64,000 bases of DNA from Macrostomum lignano (Eukaryota), in assembly GCA_002269645.1 (NCBI GenBank), contig NIVC01002611.1, positions 92,916 to 156,915 on the forward strand, read 5' to 3'. Shown piece after piece: positions 38,254 to 50,879 of the stretch. Position numbers and translations under genes: made by a program. The notes under the pieces are model-generated. The model was not told where the DNA came from. It did not search any database and saw nothing but the letters and a program-made list of their open reading frames with translations. Position 1 is the stretch's first letter. Every line of letters begins with the position of its first letter.

Positions 38254-40265
38254 TGAAGTGAAACGAAGGCGCCGTTAGCAAGAGGATGGGAGAAATCAGC
38301 CGATACGCGCGTGATGCGTGAACAAGCATCCAGCCCTGGCAGCAACTCCCCAGATGCACAAGATCTGCATGCCTAAAAATAGTCCTGATGATCGGCGAGC
38401 AAGAAGCCCAGCCATGCGACCCTCGCGTGATGCATGCACAACCTCTGACCGACACTGCCTATTAGGCCTCGAAATCCCACTCTTTCTCTCCCTACTGCTC
38501 CTATTCCTCGTTGCTCGCGTACAGTGTGCTAGCTTATAAAATATACTGATTGAAGAGGAAAGATCCTCGCCTGAAGTTTGAGAATGTGACTCTAGAGATC
38601 ACACAGAGAAAGTTACCATCGAGGTCCATCGTTCGTTGTTTTCCTGAACTGTTGGCAGAAGGAAACGATTATAATATGGGAAAAACCCATATAAATTGTC
38701 GTTTCAATTGGTTCCACTGACCGCGTGAGTTGCCGCTAGACAGAAGTATCAGATACCATGCAGTTATCGCTCTCCTGCATGTCTTCAACAGCCATCCGAA
38801 TGAATGGAGAACTGCAACTTTCCTGCCTTCAGTAAAGGAAAACTTCGAACTAGACAAGACCAATGGACGAAGATCAAGAAGCCACGCAGTTTACCCTTCC
38901 AAGAAGAAACTTTCATTGAGAGATTGAAGTGAAACGAAGGCGCCGTTAGCAAGAGGATAGGAGAAATCAACCGACACGCGCGTGATGCGTGAACAAGCAT
39001 CCAGCCCTGGCAGCAACTCCCCAGATGCACAAGATCTGCATGCCTAAAAATAGTCCTGATGATCGGCGAGCAAGAAGCCCAGCCATGCGACCCTCGCGTG
39101 ATGCATGCACAACCTCTGACCGACACTGCCTATTGGGCCTCGAAATCCCACTCTCTCCCCCTACTACTCCTATTCCTCGTTGCTCGCGTACAGTGTGCTA
39201 GCTTATAAAATATACTGATTGAAGAGGAAAGATCCTTGCCTGAAGTTTGAGAATGTGACTCTAGAGATCACACAGAGAAAGTTACCATCAGGTCCATTGT
39301 TCGTTGTCTTCCTGAACTGTTGGCAGAAGGAAACGATAATATGGGAAAAACCCATATAAAATTGTCGTTTCAAGATCTACACAATCAATTTGGTCAAGAC
39401 GGTATTTTTCGACATCCTATTTAACTGCAATGTACCTTCAGCCAGCATCCCGATCTGACTGTCTACCAGACGCTGTTTCAATTTGTCGAGTCTCCGTGTC
39501 CAGTCCTATTGGCGTCACTGTTTAGGGCATCGAAAAGCCCATTCAATTTGTCGAGTTTCCGAGTTCACGTCAATCCCCCTCTCAGATCTGATTAAATAGT
39601 CAAGAGGATATGCTGGTACAATTCATCCACTGTTGTCACAAGTTCACTTTGCCCCTTGACCAAGTTTCATGTTTCAACAACATCAACTCAACTGCAAGTT
39701 ACCAAGTGGGACTGCGTATCGCAAGCAAATGCACAACTGTACGCCATGTCATCATTGCTCCAAGCTTATTTTCAACAGAGCTCGGAGGGCCTCGCTTCCC
39801 TGAAAAAAGAGCGACTGAAGTGAAACGAAGGCGCCGTTAGCAAGAGGATAGGAGAAATCAACCGACACGCGCGTGATGCGTGAACAAGCATCCAGCCCTG
39901 GCAGCAACTCCCCAGATGCACAAGATCTGCATGCCTAAAAATAGTCCTGATGATCGGCAAGCAAGAAGCCCAGCCATGCGACCCTCGCGTGATGCATGCA
40001 CAACCTCTGACCGACACTGCCTATTGGGCCTCGAAATCCCACTCTTTCTCTCCCTACTGCTCCTATTCCTCGTTGCTCGCGTACAGTGTGCTAGCTTATA
40101 AAATATACTGATTGAAGAGGAAAGATCCTCGCCTGAAGTTTGAGAATGTGACTCTAGAGATCACACAGAGAAAGTTACCATCGAGTCCATTGTTCGTTGT
40201 CTTCCTGAACTGTTGGCAGAAGGAAACAATAATATGGAAAAAAACCCATATAAATTGTCGTTTCA
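38254..40265 (+). mobile_element. Non-autonomous LTR retroelement: 5' LTR 38254-38706, PBS 38709-38723, ~660 bp non-coding interior, PPT ~39802-39815, 3' LTR 39816-40265
   Basis: Near-identical ~450-bp TG..CA direct repeats and a 4-bp TSD CTGG (38250-38253 and 40266-40269). PBS TGGTTCCACTGACCG resembles the complement of the tRNA-Glu(CTC) 3' end with one extra base. Purine-rich GAAAAAAGAGCGAC precedes the 3' LTR. Confidence 0.88.
38925..39372 (+). mobile_element. Solo LTR of the same family nested in the interior of the element above
   Basis: Third LTR copy with its own 4-bp TSD AGAT (38921-38924 and 39373-39376). It has no adjoining PBS or PPT. Confidence 0.85.
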
Positions 40266-40399
40266 CTGGGCCCTCTTTAATACTTAGTTTGATATTTCTA
40301 ATTAGTTACACCCCTTAATATAGATAGACTAGGCCTATTAGCTTAGATAGGCTATAAGAATATTAATTTGCTTCAAATTTAAAAACATTTTATAAGGTC

Positions 40400-41129
40400 A
40401 AAGACACTCCAATGCTAGATATATCTTTTTTAACCTTTTTTATATTTTTTGATATCTTCATATCTAGATATATCTATCTAAATATATCCCAGACCAAGTT
40501 TGAACTGCCTCCATTGAATCTGTTAAGCATGGTGCAGCACCAGGTCACCCAAGCCTCCTTCTGCTCCAGAGTCAGCTGATGAGGCACCCAGTGTGCAGAA
40601 ATCTTGCTTAGGTTGAGCTGTGAATGCAAGATTGTCTTAATGGATCCTGATAAGATGCCTACCTTTGCCTTATCTAAGCCACAGTCACTTGGGCATCATC
40701 CTCAACTCAACCATGGCCCAGACAGCAGCAACATTATCCTTGGTCATTGCAGAGACAGGCTAGCTACTACACTCATCATCCAGACTCTGCTGCGTCAAAA
40801 TTTGGCAAACCAGTCAAAAACAGTGGATCTAGATGCTTCATCCCCAAAAGCTCATTGCAATCACTCAAGACTTTCTTGCTGCTGCAAACCACTTTTAAAA
40901 TAGTAATAAATCATTGCTCTAAAATGACTCCTATTGAGCTCCATTGTGAATTTGATAGATAGGATGGGTATGCTAGCTTGGTTTGGGTGCTGCACTGGCT
41001 ATATATGACCAGCGTATCTGAAACTTTACAAACATTGTACTTATATAATGTACTTGACACCTATGGTGACAGATTTTGTCAGCCATCTCTCAACTATGCA
41101 CATCCAGAAACTTATTGCTCAGCCCTCAT
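40400..41129 (-). pseudogene. Degenerate mariner (Tc1/mariner) element 5' part; transposase pseudogene from ATG 40944
   Basis: Minus-strand translation MELNRSHFRAMIYYYFKSGLQQQESLE*LQ*AFGDE..STVFDWFAKF*..DDE..S*PVSA..DNVAAV.AMVEDD..ILSGSIKTILHSQLNLSKISAHWVPHQLTLEQK includes the mariner WVPHxL motif. A TIR-like GAGGGCTGAGCAATAAGTTT lies near 41108-41128. Confidence 0.85.
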
Positions 41130-44100
41130 CATATGCTAATGTTGCAACAATAAATGACTTTTTTATGTTGCAATAGTAAATAATAGTAAATTACCTTTTT
41201 TCCCATAAAGAATCCTTTTTGGCAGATAATTTAGTTGCCTTTTTATCTTTCTTGCATATACTATCTTTACTAGAAAATTAATATATGCAAAATTTTGTTT
41301 AAATGCTATGCTATAAGCTAAAAAACTGGAAAGCTTAAAATTAGCAACTTAAAATTTACTTTTTTAATTTTTCTTTTTTCCACTTACAAGTTAACACTAA
41401 CTATTCCACATGATTATATGAAGTGCCCACTAGGTATATATGCATATTATTTTCTATAGTTAGCTAGTAACAACTTTTGACATATAAGGCCAATTCATGC
41501 CTAACTTCTTGGGCATATATTACATGATCCAGAGTGTGGTATGACTATTTTATTAAGGCTAAATGCATATGCATCATTATCTAATTAGTACTATGCCTAT
41601 ATTTAGACATTAGTACAAAAGTTAATATATTTATATTGTGTCATAAACATTTTTAAGCTATAATTTTAGACCCTATGTTGTATATCTACAGGTTTTCTAT
41701 ATTTTTTCCAATAGGGATAGGAGTGTAAACAAAAAATGAGTATATTAATTGATATAGTAATATTTTTTTAAAATATAAGCATTAGAAACTTTAAATAAGT
41801 TTTTGCAAAAGAATAATAGACAACACTTTTTTATTACAATGTACATATAAATACTAAATGTAACAATGGAAGAAAAGTTGACAATCATACACTTCTGTTC
41901 AGTAAATTATTTTAACATTTGAATTCGTACCACCAAGTCAAATGACGTCGATTGGCAATGTGTCTATGGCCAAAAGTTTGAGCGAACAGAGTTTAAGGGG
42001 GTGTCAGTTTAAGGGAGCTGTTGCTTATTGCTTGTTGCTTGTTGTTTGTCCATTATTGTTGTAGCAAAAAAGTAAGTTTGCATAGGGGCCTAATTTTGAA
42101 ATTTGACATATATGATAAAGTCACATTTTCAATTTTTGGCATACTTAGTGTATACCTAAAATGTTGCCCAAAAATTTTGGCATACACTGGACACCTTCTT
42201 TATAGTGGGAAATAGGTAATAATGAGATTATTGCATAGGGTAGGGCCAGCATGCCATAGGGCATAGTATATAAATTTGTATGTTTTATGTTTGTACTTTA
42301 GCTAGGCCTATAAGGAATATAACAGACTACAGACATGACTATATACTCGTATATTAGATATGTATATGTATATATATAATTTATAATATATATTATAATG
42401 TACCATATATATATATATATATATACATTATAGATGTATATATGTAATGATAATGATAATGTAATGATAAACAATATAGCCTATTAGGCCTACTACAAAA
42501 TGAAAGTAAATAAAATATACTTTTTGAGTTTTGGTACCAATTTAATTTGAGTATAATTTGATTGTCTTTGAATATTTAGGTCTAACTAAGATAAGCACAA
42601 CTTTTGTAAGTAAAGCAAAGCCTATTGAGCCTTTTTTGCCGAAATTCTGTCAAATTCTGTCTTGACTACATTTACTTTTCCAAATACACATCGTCCTCAG
42701 ACCTAGGCGGTAGGCCTATCCCATACTGAATTTCTATGATTTGTTTGTTTTTTTCCTGTCCTAATCCTAACTTCTATCTAAATCTTTCTTTCTTCCTCAA
42801 TTACTTTCGTTCGACCTTATTTAACTTTTTTCAAGGGTTTCTTCGAAAAGGAGTTGATTTAAAAGCCCCTAATTACGAAAACTTTCTAAGCTAAGAAATA
42901 ATAAATAAAAGCTATTTAAACGCTTAATTTCTTCTGATTCTCTTAATAGTCTAATTGGCAGAAATAGAACTATCATTATATTTGATTTAACGGTTTAACA
43001 TGAATGCTTCCGTGAACCATCGGGTCATCGATATGAAGCACGCTTTATCATGTCTAGAATGTTCAGATGGAGCGTAAAAGCTACCTAGATGGGCGTTTTA
43101 AACTTTTTCCGTCTCATCTAGCCTGTAGGCTATCGGTTGACCCTTTTAAGTTCCAACAAAGTTAATTTTTTATCGAATTTTTCTTGTATAATCGCCTTTC
43201 TGGCAGAAGTGAGCCCAAAAACGTCTGCACCAGACACGGCTGCATCGATTCATGATACGGGTCTGTCTAAACTGCGTGCTGCACTAATTTCGTGCTACAG
43301 GAGTCTGACATGATATTGTTTCGCTGGGTGCAAAATGACTTCACCAGCTGGTAGCTACTTGACTTTTGTTTACATGTGAGACCGATGTACTATGTACTAG
43401 TTAGCGGCTCATCGTACTGATCTCTCCCTCCCGTTGTTGTAAGCCTATGTATTGCAAATACATTACCTCTAGTATCATCAATTTTTTTCTTCCGTTTGGC
43501 CAAACACACCCAAACATTGTCGGGGTGGGGAATCCAACCAAAGATTTATATTGCAGCGTTATTAAGTAGATGATGTACGATTATACAAGTGCGCAGTGCG
43601 CGTAGCTAAGATTTCATTGGGGGCGAGCTAGAGCCAGCCGCAAACATCGATCCATACAGGACAATATGTCATATTGTACAGTGCAAATATGAAATGAATC
43701 AGGATATGAATGAAATTAAATCATATGAATGAATGAAATGAATCAGATATGAATCAGGCGCCCGTGAAACATTTTTCCCCAACGTCGAGTCCCAGTTCCA
43801 ACCACAGATGAGATTTTTCTTTTCAAAGCCATCAGTCATTTTGATGATATAATAGAAAATTTTCAGCTACAAACTTTTAAATGGACGGCCGTCTTGATCC
43901 CATAAAAGGTGTACACATTAAGACATGTAAATCTTGTACGCTTGAACTACACGTACATGTACATGTTTATTCTATTCGATTGCTTTAGACAGCTGATCAA
44001 AAAGGCATTCAAGTCTAAATGTTTGTATTTACATGTACATGTACGCGGTGACAGTCGTGAATCGTCAAACCATGATTATGGAAACTTGCAAGATAAATCT

Positions 44101-44650
44101 TCAAAATGGCTTTTTCTGTAAAGAAAGATCCCGGCCGTGCGAATGCAGGATACTGTAAATTATGCACGCGTATGAAATACATCTGATAGTAGTGAAAATG
44201 CTGGCCCATTTCTGATAGACACCTAGCTGGCCAATGCAGTTCACCCCGCGGGACTGTAATAATTGGGATCCGTCGCAATTAACGCCCAGGAAAACTCCCA
44301 ACGCGGCTGTGGAGAAAAAACACGGTCAAGAGCCCCCGCTGTGAGCGCGCAGGCTTTAATTGGGCCTGCATTTGCATATCGATCCGGCGCAGCTGCAGTT
44401 TCACCTACTGTATACAGCTGCTACAGTAGAATCCTATTTTTGATTCGGACTCCACTTGAACACGCGTCTTGTGCACGGTATTTAAATGATGCTTGCAATT
44501 ATACAAGGGTATATAGATCAAATAGTGATGGTTCCTATGTAACAATGATATATGTGATTTTTCATGCGGAATGACTTCATTACTATATTTTTTGCTTTGA
44601 GAGAAACCAACCAACGAGAGGGGCCTTAATTACTCCATACCTCGGAATCA

Positions 44651-45748
44651 CACACAAGCACACCCCACCCACAACAGGAACCTCAACCCGAACACACCCC
44701 ACCCACAACAGGAACCTCAACCCGATCACACCCCACCCACAACAGGAACCTCAACCCGATCACACCCCACCCACAACAGGAACCTCAACCCGATCACACC
44801 CCACCCACAACAGGAACCTCAACCCGATCACACCCCACCCACAACAGGAACCTCAACCCGATCACACCCCACCCACAACAGGAACCTCAACCCGATCACA
44901 CCCCACCCACAACAGGAACCTCAACCCGATCACACCCCACACACAACAGGAACCTCAACCCGAACACACCCCACCCACAACAGGAACCTCAACCCAAACA
45001 CACCCCACCCACAACAGGAACCTCAACCCGAACACACCCCACCCACAACAGGAACCTCAACCCGAACACACCCCACCCACAACAGGAACCTCAACCCGAA
45101 CACACCCCACCCACAACAGGAACCTCAACCCGATCACACCCCACCCACAACAGGAACCTCAACCCGATCACACCCCACCCACAACAGGAACCTCAACCCG
45201 ATCACACCCCACCCACAACAGGAACCTCAACCCGATCACACCCCACACACAACAGGAACCTCAACCCGAACACACCCCATCCACAACAGGAACCTCAACC
45301 CAAACACACCCCACCCACAACAGGAACCTCTACCCGAACACACCCCATTCACAACAGGAACCTCAACCCAAACACACCCCACCCACAACAGGAACCTCAA
45401 CCCGATCACACCCCACACACAACAGGAACCTCAACCCGAACACACCCCATCCACAACAGGAACCTCAACCCAAACACACCCACCCACAACAGGAACCTCA
45501 ACCCGAACACACCCCATTCACAACAGGAACCTCAACCCGAACACACCCCACCCACAACAGGAACCTCAACTCGAACACACCCCATCCACAACAGGAACCT
45601 CAACCCGATCACACCCCATCCACAACAGGAACCTCAACCCGATCACACCCCATCCACAACAGGAACCTCAGCCCGATCACACCCCATCCACAACAGGAAC
45701 CTCAGCCCGATCACACCCCACCCACAACAGGAACCTCAACCCAAACAC
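44651..45748. repeat. 34-bp C/A-rich minisatellite (ACCCACAACAGGAACCTCAACCCGATCACACCCC)n
   Basis: 34-bp period. Confidence 0.96.
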
Positions 45749-46624
45749 ACTCTCAGAACGAATGCATCACGCCAAGCAAATGATTAACACTACTTACTCG
45801 TCTAGCCAAGCATACAGTGCAATAAGATAGTCCTTGACACAGGCAGCAGCATACAAGCAATCTCTCGTTAGCTACGATCTCTGTATTTGAATAAGTAAGT
45901 TACCTTTCTTTTCCTCTATATGCTTTGAATACATGTACAATCCAACTAAAAGCATCCATTTCTTAAAAAGTCTCGATACACAGTGACAAATTTCCTTGCA
46001 CCATAAATGATTGTCAATCAGGCAGTGGAAGGGAAACGGACAAGAAAATGATTGCAATATTCCTTGCGACAAACCGGCCACCAAAGTTGCCTGCAGTCTG
46101 GATTTGCCCGACTATCTGTCTGTCTGCCTGCGTGCCTGTCTGTCTGCAACTGCTTTTCAATATACATATTGCCCTGACCCAGTCCGACTGTGTGAGAAGT
46201 TTGTGTATGCGTGTCTCCCCCTCAATGACGGACAGGTCTGAGTGACAGCAGCTGCCCCAAGCCAACCCACCGGCTCCCCCCCCCCATGGCTCCAGTTCGC
46301 CCCCTCTTTCCCGGCCCACCCTCGTTGTTGTTGCTGCTGCTGCTGCTGAAACCAGCTGACAAGGTGGCCGGCCAGTCCAAAGAGTTCCAAGGAGAGTGTC
46401 TGGATAGGTGAAACTGGCCAAGCTCAACATCTTTGCGAAGCTGTTCACTCGCTGCTGGCATCTGCTGTCTTATGGTCGAAAGACTGATCGACTGCAGATC
46501 AAGGCAGCTCATCTACTCTACGTAAGGCATGTACTCTCTGAGTCTTGTGCGTTAGGCCTTGTGGGAGTTAATTGCACGACGATCCCCAGGCTTATTAACG
46601 CAACCGCGTGAACTCATGTGAGTT

Positions 46625-47253
46625 CTGGGACACTTCTACCCTCGGACTGTGGGACTCTTCTGCTGTTAAACTGTGGGATCTGGGACTCTTCTGCTGTTAG
46701 ACTGTGGGATCTATGACTCTTCTGCTGTCGGACTGTGGGATCTGGGACTCTTCTGCTGTCGGACTGTGGGATCTATGACTCTTCTGCTGTCGGACTGTGG
46801 GATCTATGACTCTTCTGCTGTTAGACTGTGGGATCTGGGACTCTTCTGCTGTTAGACTGTGGGATCTGGGACTCTTCTGCTGTCGGACTGTGGGATCTGG
46901 GACACTCTCGGACTGTAGGATCTGGGACTCTTCTGCTCTCGGACTGTAGAATCTGGGACTCTTCTACTCTCCGAGTGTAGGATCTCTGACTCTTCTGCTA
47001 TCGGACTGTGGGATCTGGGACTCTTATACTCTCGGACTGTAGGATCTGGGACTCTTCTACTCTCGGACTGTGGGATCTGGGACTCTTCTGCTCTCGGACT
47101 GTGGGATCAGGGACTCCACTGCTGTCGGACTGTGGGATCAGGGACTCCATTGCTGTCGGACTGTAGAATCTGGGACTCCACTGCTGTCGGACTGTGGGAT
47201 CTGGGACTCCACTGCTGTCGGACTGTAGGATCTAGGACTCCACTGCTGTCGGA
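46625..47253 (+). repeat. ~31-bp minisatellite (GACTCTTCTGCTGT(C/T)(G/A)GACTGTGGGATCTGG)n, left arm
   Basis: Tandem units; the reverse complement of the array at 47815-48921. Confidence 0.92.
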
Positions 47254-47814
47254 CCCTCAAATAAGCAACAATTCTATCGTATAAGACTGTTTCGATTTCG
47301 GATGCAATTGCAAAAAAACCTACTGTTGTGATTCTTAGAAAATCAATAAAGGCTTTCCAGTTGGTTGTTTTCCAGTTAGCTTCCACGCCAGATACTCGCA
47401 GCTCAGTCTGGCAATCCATGGCCAACCGTCCCCCAGCATTCTCTCTTTAATTGTGCCTGCCTCTCCTATAGTAACTATATAACGCGCAGGTCCCCTGCGG
47501 CGCGGCCGCCCGCGCAGAAGCTGCTGCAAGTGCTGCCTTCCACCTTGGGGTCGTTCCTGCAGCCTTGTCCACGACTCTTATGAAAATGAAAACTTGCGAG
47601 CGATGCGTGGTGGCGGTCGCAATTACTAGTATATAATCTGTATTCGGTTCCCCATCGTGCACCATTCAACCTTTTGCAGGATAGCTTTAGCACCTGCGGG
47701 ACAAACTGCGCGTTTCAGTTCAGATCGAGAATCTAGTCGGCAAATTTCAATCCTCTTTGTAACTTGAAGCAAAGTTTAAACTAAGTGTTGCAGTCTATAG
47801 GAATATCAGAGTTC

Positions 47815-48921
47815 CACAGTTCCAGATCCTGCAGCACGACAGCAGAGAGTCCCAGATCCTACAGTCCGACAGCAGTGGAGTCCCAGATCCCACAGTCCGA
47901 GAGTAGAAGAGTCCCAGATCCTGCAGCACGACAGCAGAGAGTCCCAGATCCTACAGTCCGACAGCAGTGGAGTCCCAGATCCTACAGTCCCACAGCAGAA
48001 CAGTCCCAGATCCCGCAGTCTAACAGCAGAAGAGTCCCAGATCCTACAGTCCGACAGCAGAAGAGTCCCAGATCCTACAGTCCGACAGCAGAAGAGTCCC
48101 AGATCCCACAGTCCGAGAGTAGAAGAGTCCCAGATCCCACAGTCCGAGAGTAGAAGAGTCCCAGATCCTACAGTCCGAGAGTAGAATAGTCCCAGATCCT
48201 ACAGTCCCACAGCAGAACAGTCCCAGATCCCACAGTCTAACAGCAGAAGAGCCCCAGATCCCACAGTCTAACAGCAGAAGAGCCCCAGATCCCACAGTCT
48301 AACAGCAGAAGAGTCCCAGATCCACAGTCCCACAGCAGAACAGTCCCAGATCCCGCAGTCTAACAGCAGAAGAGTCCCAGATCCCACAGTCTAACAGCAG
48401 AAAAGTCCCAGATCCTACAGTCTAACAGCAGAAGAGTCCCAGATCCCGCAGTCTAACAGCAGAAGAGCCCCAGATCCCGCAGTCTAACAGCAGAAGAGTC
48501 GCAGATCCCACAGTCTAACAGCAGAAGAGTCCCAGATCCTACAGTCTAACAGCAGAAGAGTCCCAGATCCCGCAGTCTAACAGCAGAAGAGTCCCAGATC
48601 CCACAGTCTAACAGCAGAAGAGCCCCAGATCCCGCAGTCTAACAGCAGAAGAGTCGCAGATCCCACAGTCTAACAGCAGAAGAGTCCCAGATCCCACAGT
48701 CTAACAGCAGAAGAGTCGCAGATCCCACAGTCTAACAGCAGAAGAGTCGCAGATCCCACAGTCTAACAGCAGAAGAGTCCCAGATCCCGCAGTCTAACAG
48801 CAGAAGAGTCCCAGATCCCACAGTCTAACAGCAGAAGAGTCGCAGATCCCACAGTCTAACAGCAGAAGAGCCCCAGATCCCGCAGTCTAACAGCAGAAGA
48901 GTCCCAGATCCCACAGTCGGA
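47815..48921 (-). repeat. Same ~31-bp minisatellite in inverted orientation (CAGTCTAACAGCAGAAGAGTCCCAGATCCC(A/G))n, right arm
   Basis: 31-bp period; complementary to the left arm. Confidence 0.93.
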
Positions 48922-49364
48922 CAATGCAAAATCTGTACAAGCTATGTGCAAATCCTTCGGGTGCTGGATAACAATTCGTTCTAGGCTGCATTGTATAAGC
49001 TGATAAAAAGATAAAAGCTGGACACAGAGATGCTGGACACAATGGCGAGCTTTTTTAATTGATTGATAAGCTTTAGCGCAGCTCACCCAAGCTGACAGCT
49101 CTTGGCAGTTGCAGAGCTGTCAATGACAACTGAGTTGGCAGACAGGCCCGTGTTGCTGCTTCAACTAGTAATAAACTTGCATGTCAATAACTATGCACTA
49201 CCAGCCTCATATATGTGTTCATCATTCTGTCTGGCTTTGGTCAGCCATGCGGGTTCCAATCTAATTATTCTGATGGCATTTCATTTCATGGAAAACGAGG
49301 CCTTTAAAAATAGAAAAATGGTGACGAGAAGATGGGGATGAGAGGAAGGAACTGATATGGAAAG

Positions 49365-50235
49365 GTTGAAATGGAAGGGTGAGATGGAGTGGGTGAGATG
49401 AATTGGGTGAGAAGGAAGGGGTAAGATGGAAAGGTTGAGATGAGAGGGGTGAGATGGGAAGGGTGAGATGGAAGGGATGAGATGGGAGGGGTGAGATGGG
49501 AGGGTGAGACGAAGGGTGAGGTGGAAAGGTTGAGATTGAAGGGTGAGATGGAGAGGCTGAGATTGAAGGGTGAGATGGAGAGGTTGAGATTGAAGGGAGT
49601 GAGATAGAAAGGTTGAGGTGGAAGGGGTGAGGTGGAAGGGGTGAGATGGAAGGGGTGAGATGGAAGGGGTGAGAGGGAAGGGTGAGAGGAAAGGGTGAGA
49701 TGTGAGGGTGAGATGGAAGGGTGAGAGGGAAGGGTGAGAAGGAAGGTTGAGATTGAAGGGTGAGATGGAAAGGTTGAGATCGAAGGGAGTGAGAGGAAGG
49801 GTAAGATGTGAGGGTGAGATGGAAGGGTGAGATGAAGGGTGAGATGGAGAGGTTGAGATTGAAGGGAGTGAGATAGAAAGGTTAAGATGGAAGGGTGAGA
49901 TGGAAGGGTGAGATGGAAGGGTGAGATGGAAGGGTGAGATGGAAGGGTGAGATGGAAAAAGGTGAGATGGAAGGGGTGAGGTGGAAGGGGTGAGGTGGAA
50001 GGGGTGAGGTGGAAGGGGTGAGATAAAAGGGGTGAGATGGAAGGGTGAGAGGGAAGGGTGAGATGGAAGGGTGAGATGGAATGGGTGAGATGCAAGGGTG
50101 AGATGGAAGGGTGAGATGGAAGGGTGAGAGGGAAGGGTGAGATGGAAGGGTGAGATGTGAGGGTGAGATGGAAGGGTGAGATGTGAGGGTGAGATGGAAG
50201 GGTGAGATGGAAGGGGTGAGATGCAAGGGTGGGTG
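49365..50235. repeat. Degenerate purine-rich 13-14-bp repeat (GGGTGAGATGGAA)n
   Basis: Read directly. Confidence 0.92.
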
Positions 50236-50879
50236 AGAGAAGGGGGCTGTCAGGAGAGTCATGAACAGTAAAAGCATGGGCGGGAAAAATCCGAAGAGAG
50301 CGGGAGGCTTGGGAGAAAGCTGCTGAATAGAAAAAAGGGAAGTTACAGAATTGTGAAGTCGGTGGGAGAGAGTGAGGTAAGGAACGCCCACCTTGGGAGT
50401 ATTGATTGGGGAATACAGTAAGGGACAATACCCACGCGGCGGCTGCCTAAGCATTCCACCTTGCCATACCATCGCTGCCTTAAGCCTCAACCTCCGTCAC
50501 GCCCCACTTTTTCTGCTTCCTTCCTCCGATTCCTCACTAATGCTCAAGCTTATGGAAGAAGTTGCGGCTCTTCTCCGACACGCCAGCTCACAGCTGGAGG
50601 CCTCTCCGTCCCGCCTCAACACGTGCAAGTGTGTTGAGCAGAATCGGCATTGAGGGATTTTGTTTGAGCGCGTGAATGAGAAGGCTTTCTTTCGCTTTGT
50701 AAAAAAGCCAATTGCAAAGTTTAACAAAGAGAGACATGAGGCCAGGACCTTGGAGTAGCAGCTCTGTCTCAAAACCAGCACTGTCAGATACCAATGACCT
50801 GAAGTTTCTTTTCCAGTGTACATACAGCAGATTCTGCTGCTTACAGGTGATAAGTCATAGCTCAGCTTGTGACTCACGG

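Noticed and set aside
46222-46512. Minus-strand 96-aa ORF MSCLDLQSISL.. with a poly-Ser/Asn tract
   Set aside because: No recognisable domain and no convincing splice partners. It needs RNA-seq or BLAST to be supported.
47335-47529. YIVTIGEAGTIKERM, a faint resemblance to a GIY-YIG (Penelope) endonuclease motif in the core between the inverted arrays
   Set aside because: The match is too short and the upstream GIY/Cys motif was not found. A profile search would be needed.
50393-50870. Coding-looking stretch (MLKLMEEVAALLRHASSQL..)
   Set aside because: It is interrupted by stops in all frames and no family is recognisable.
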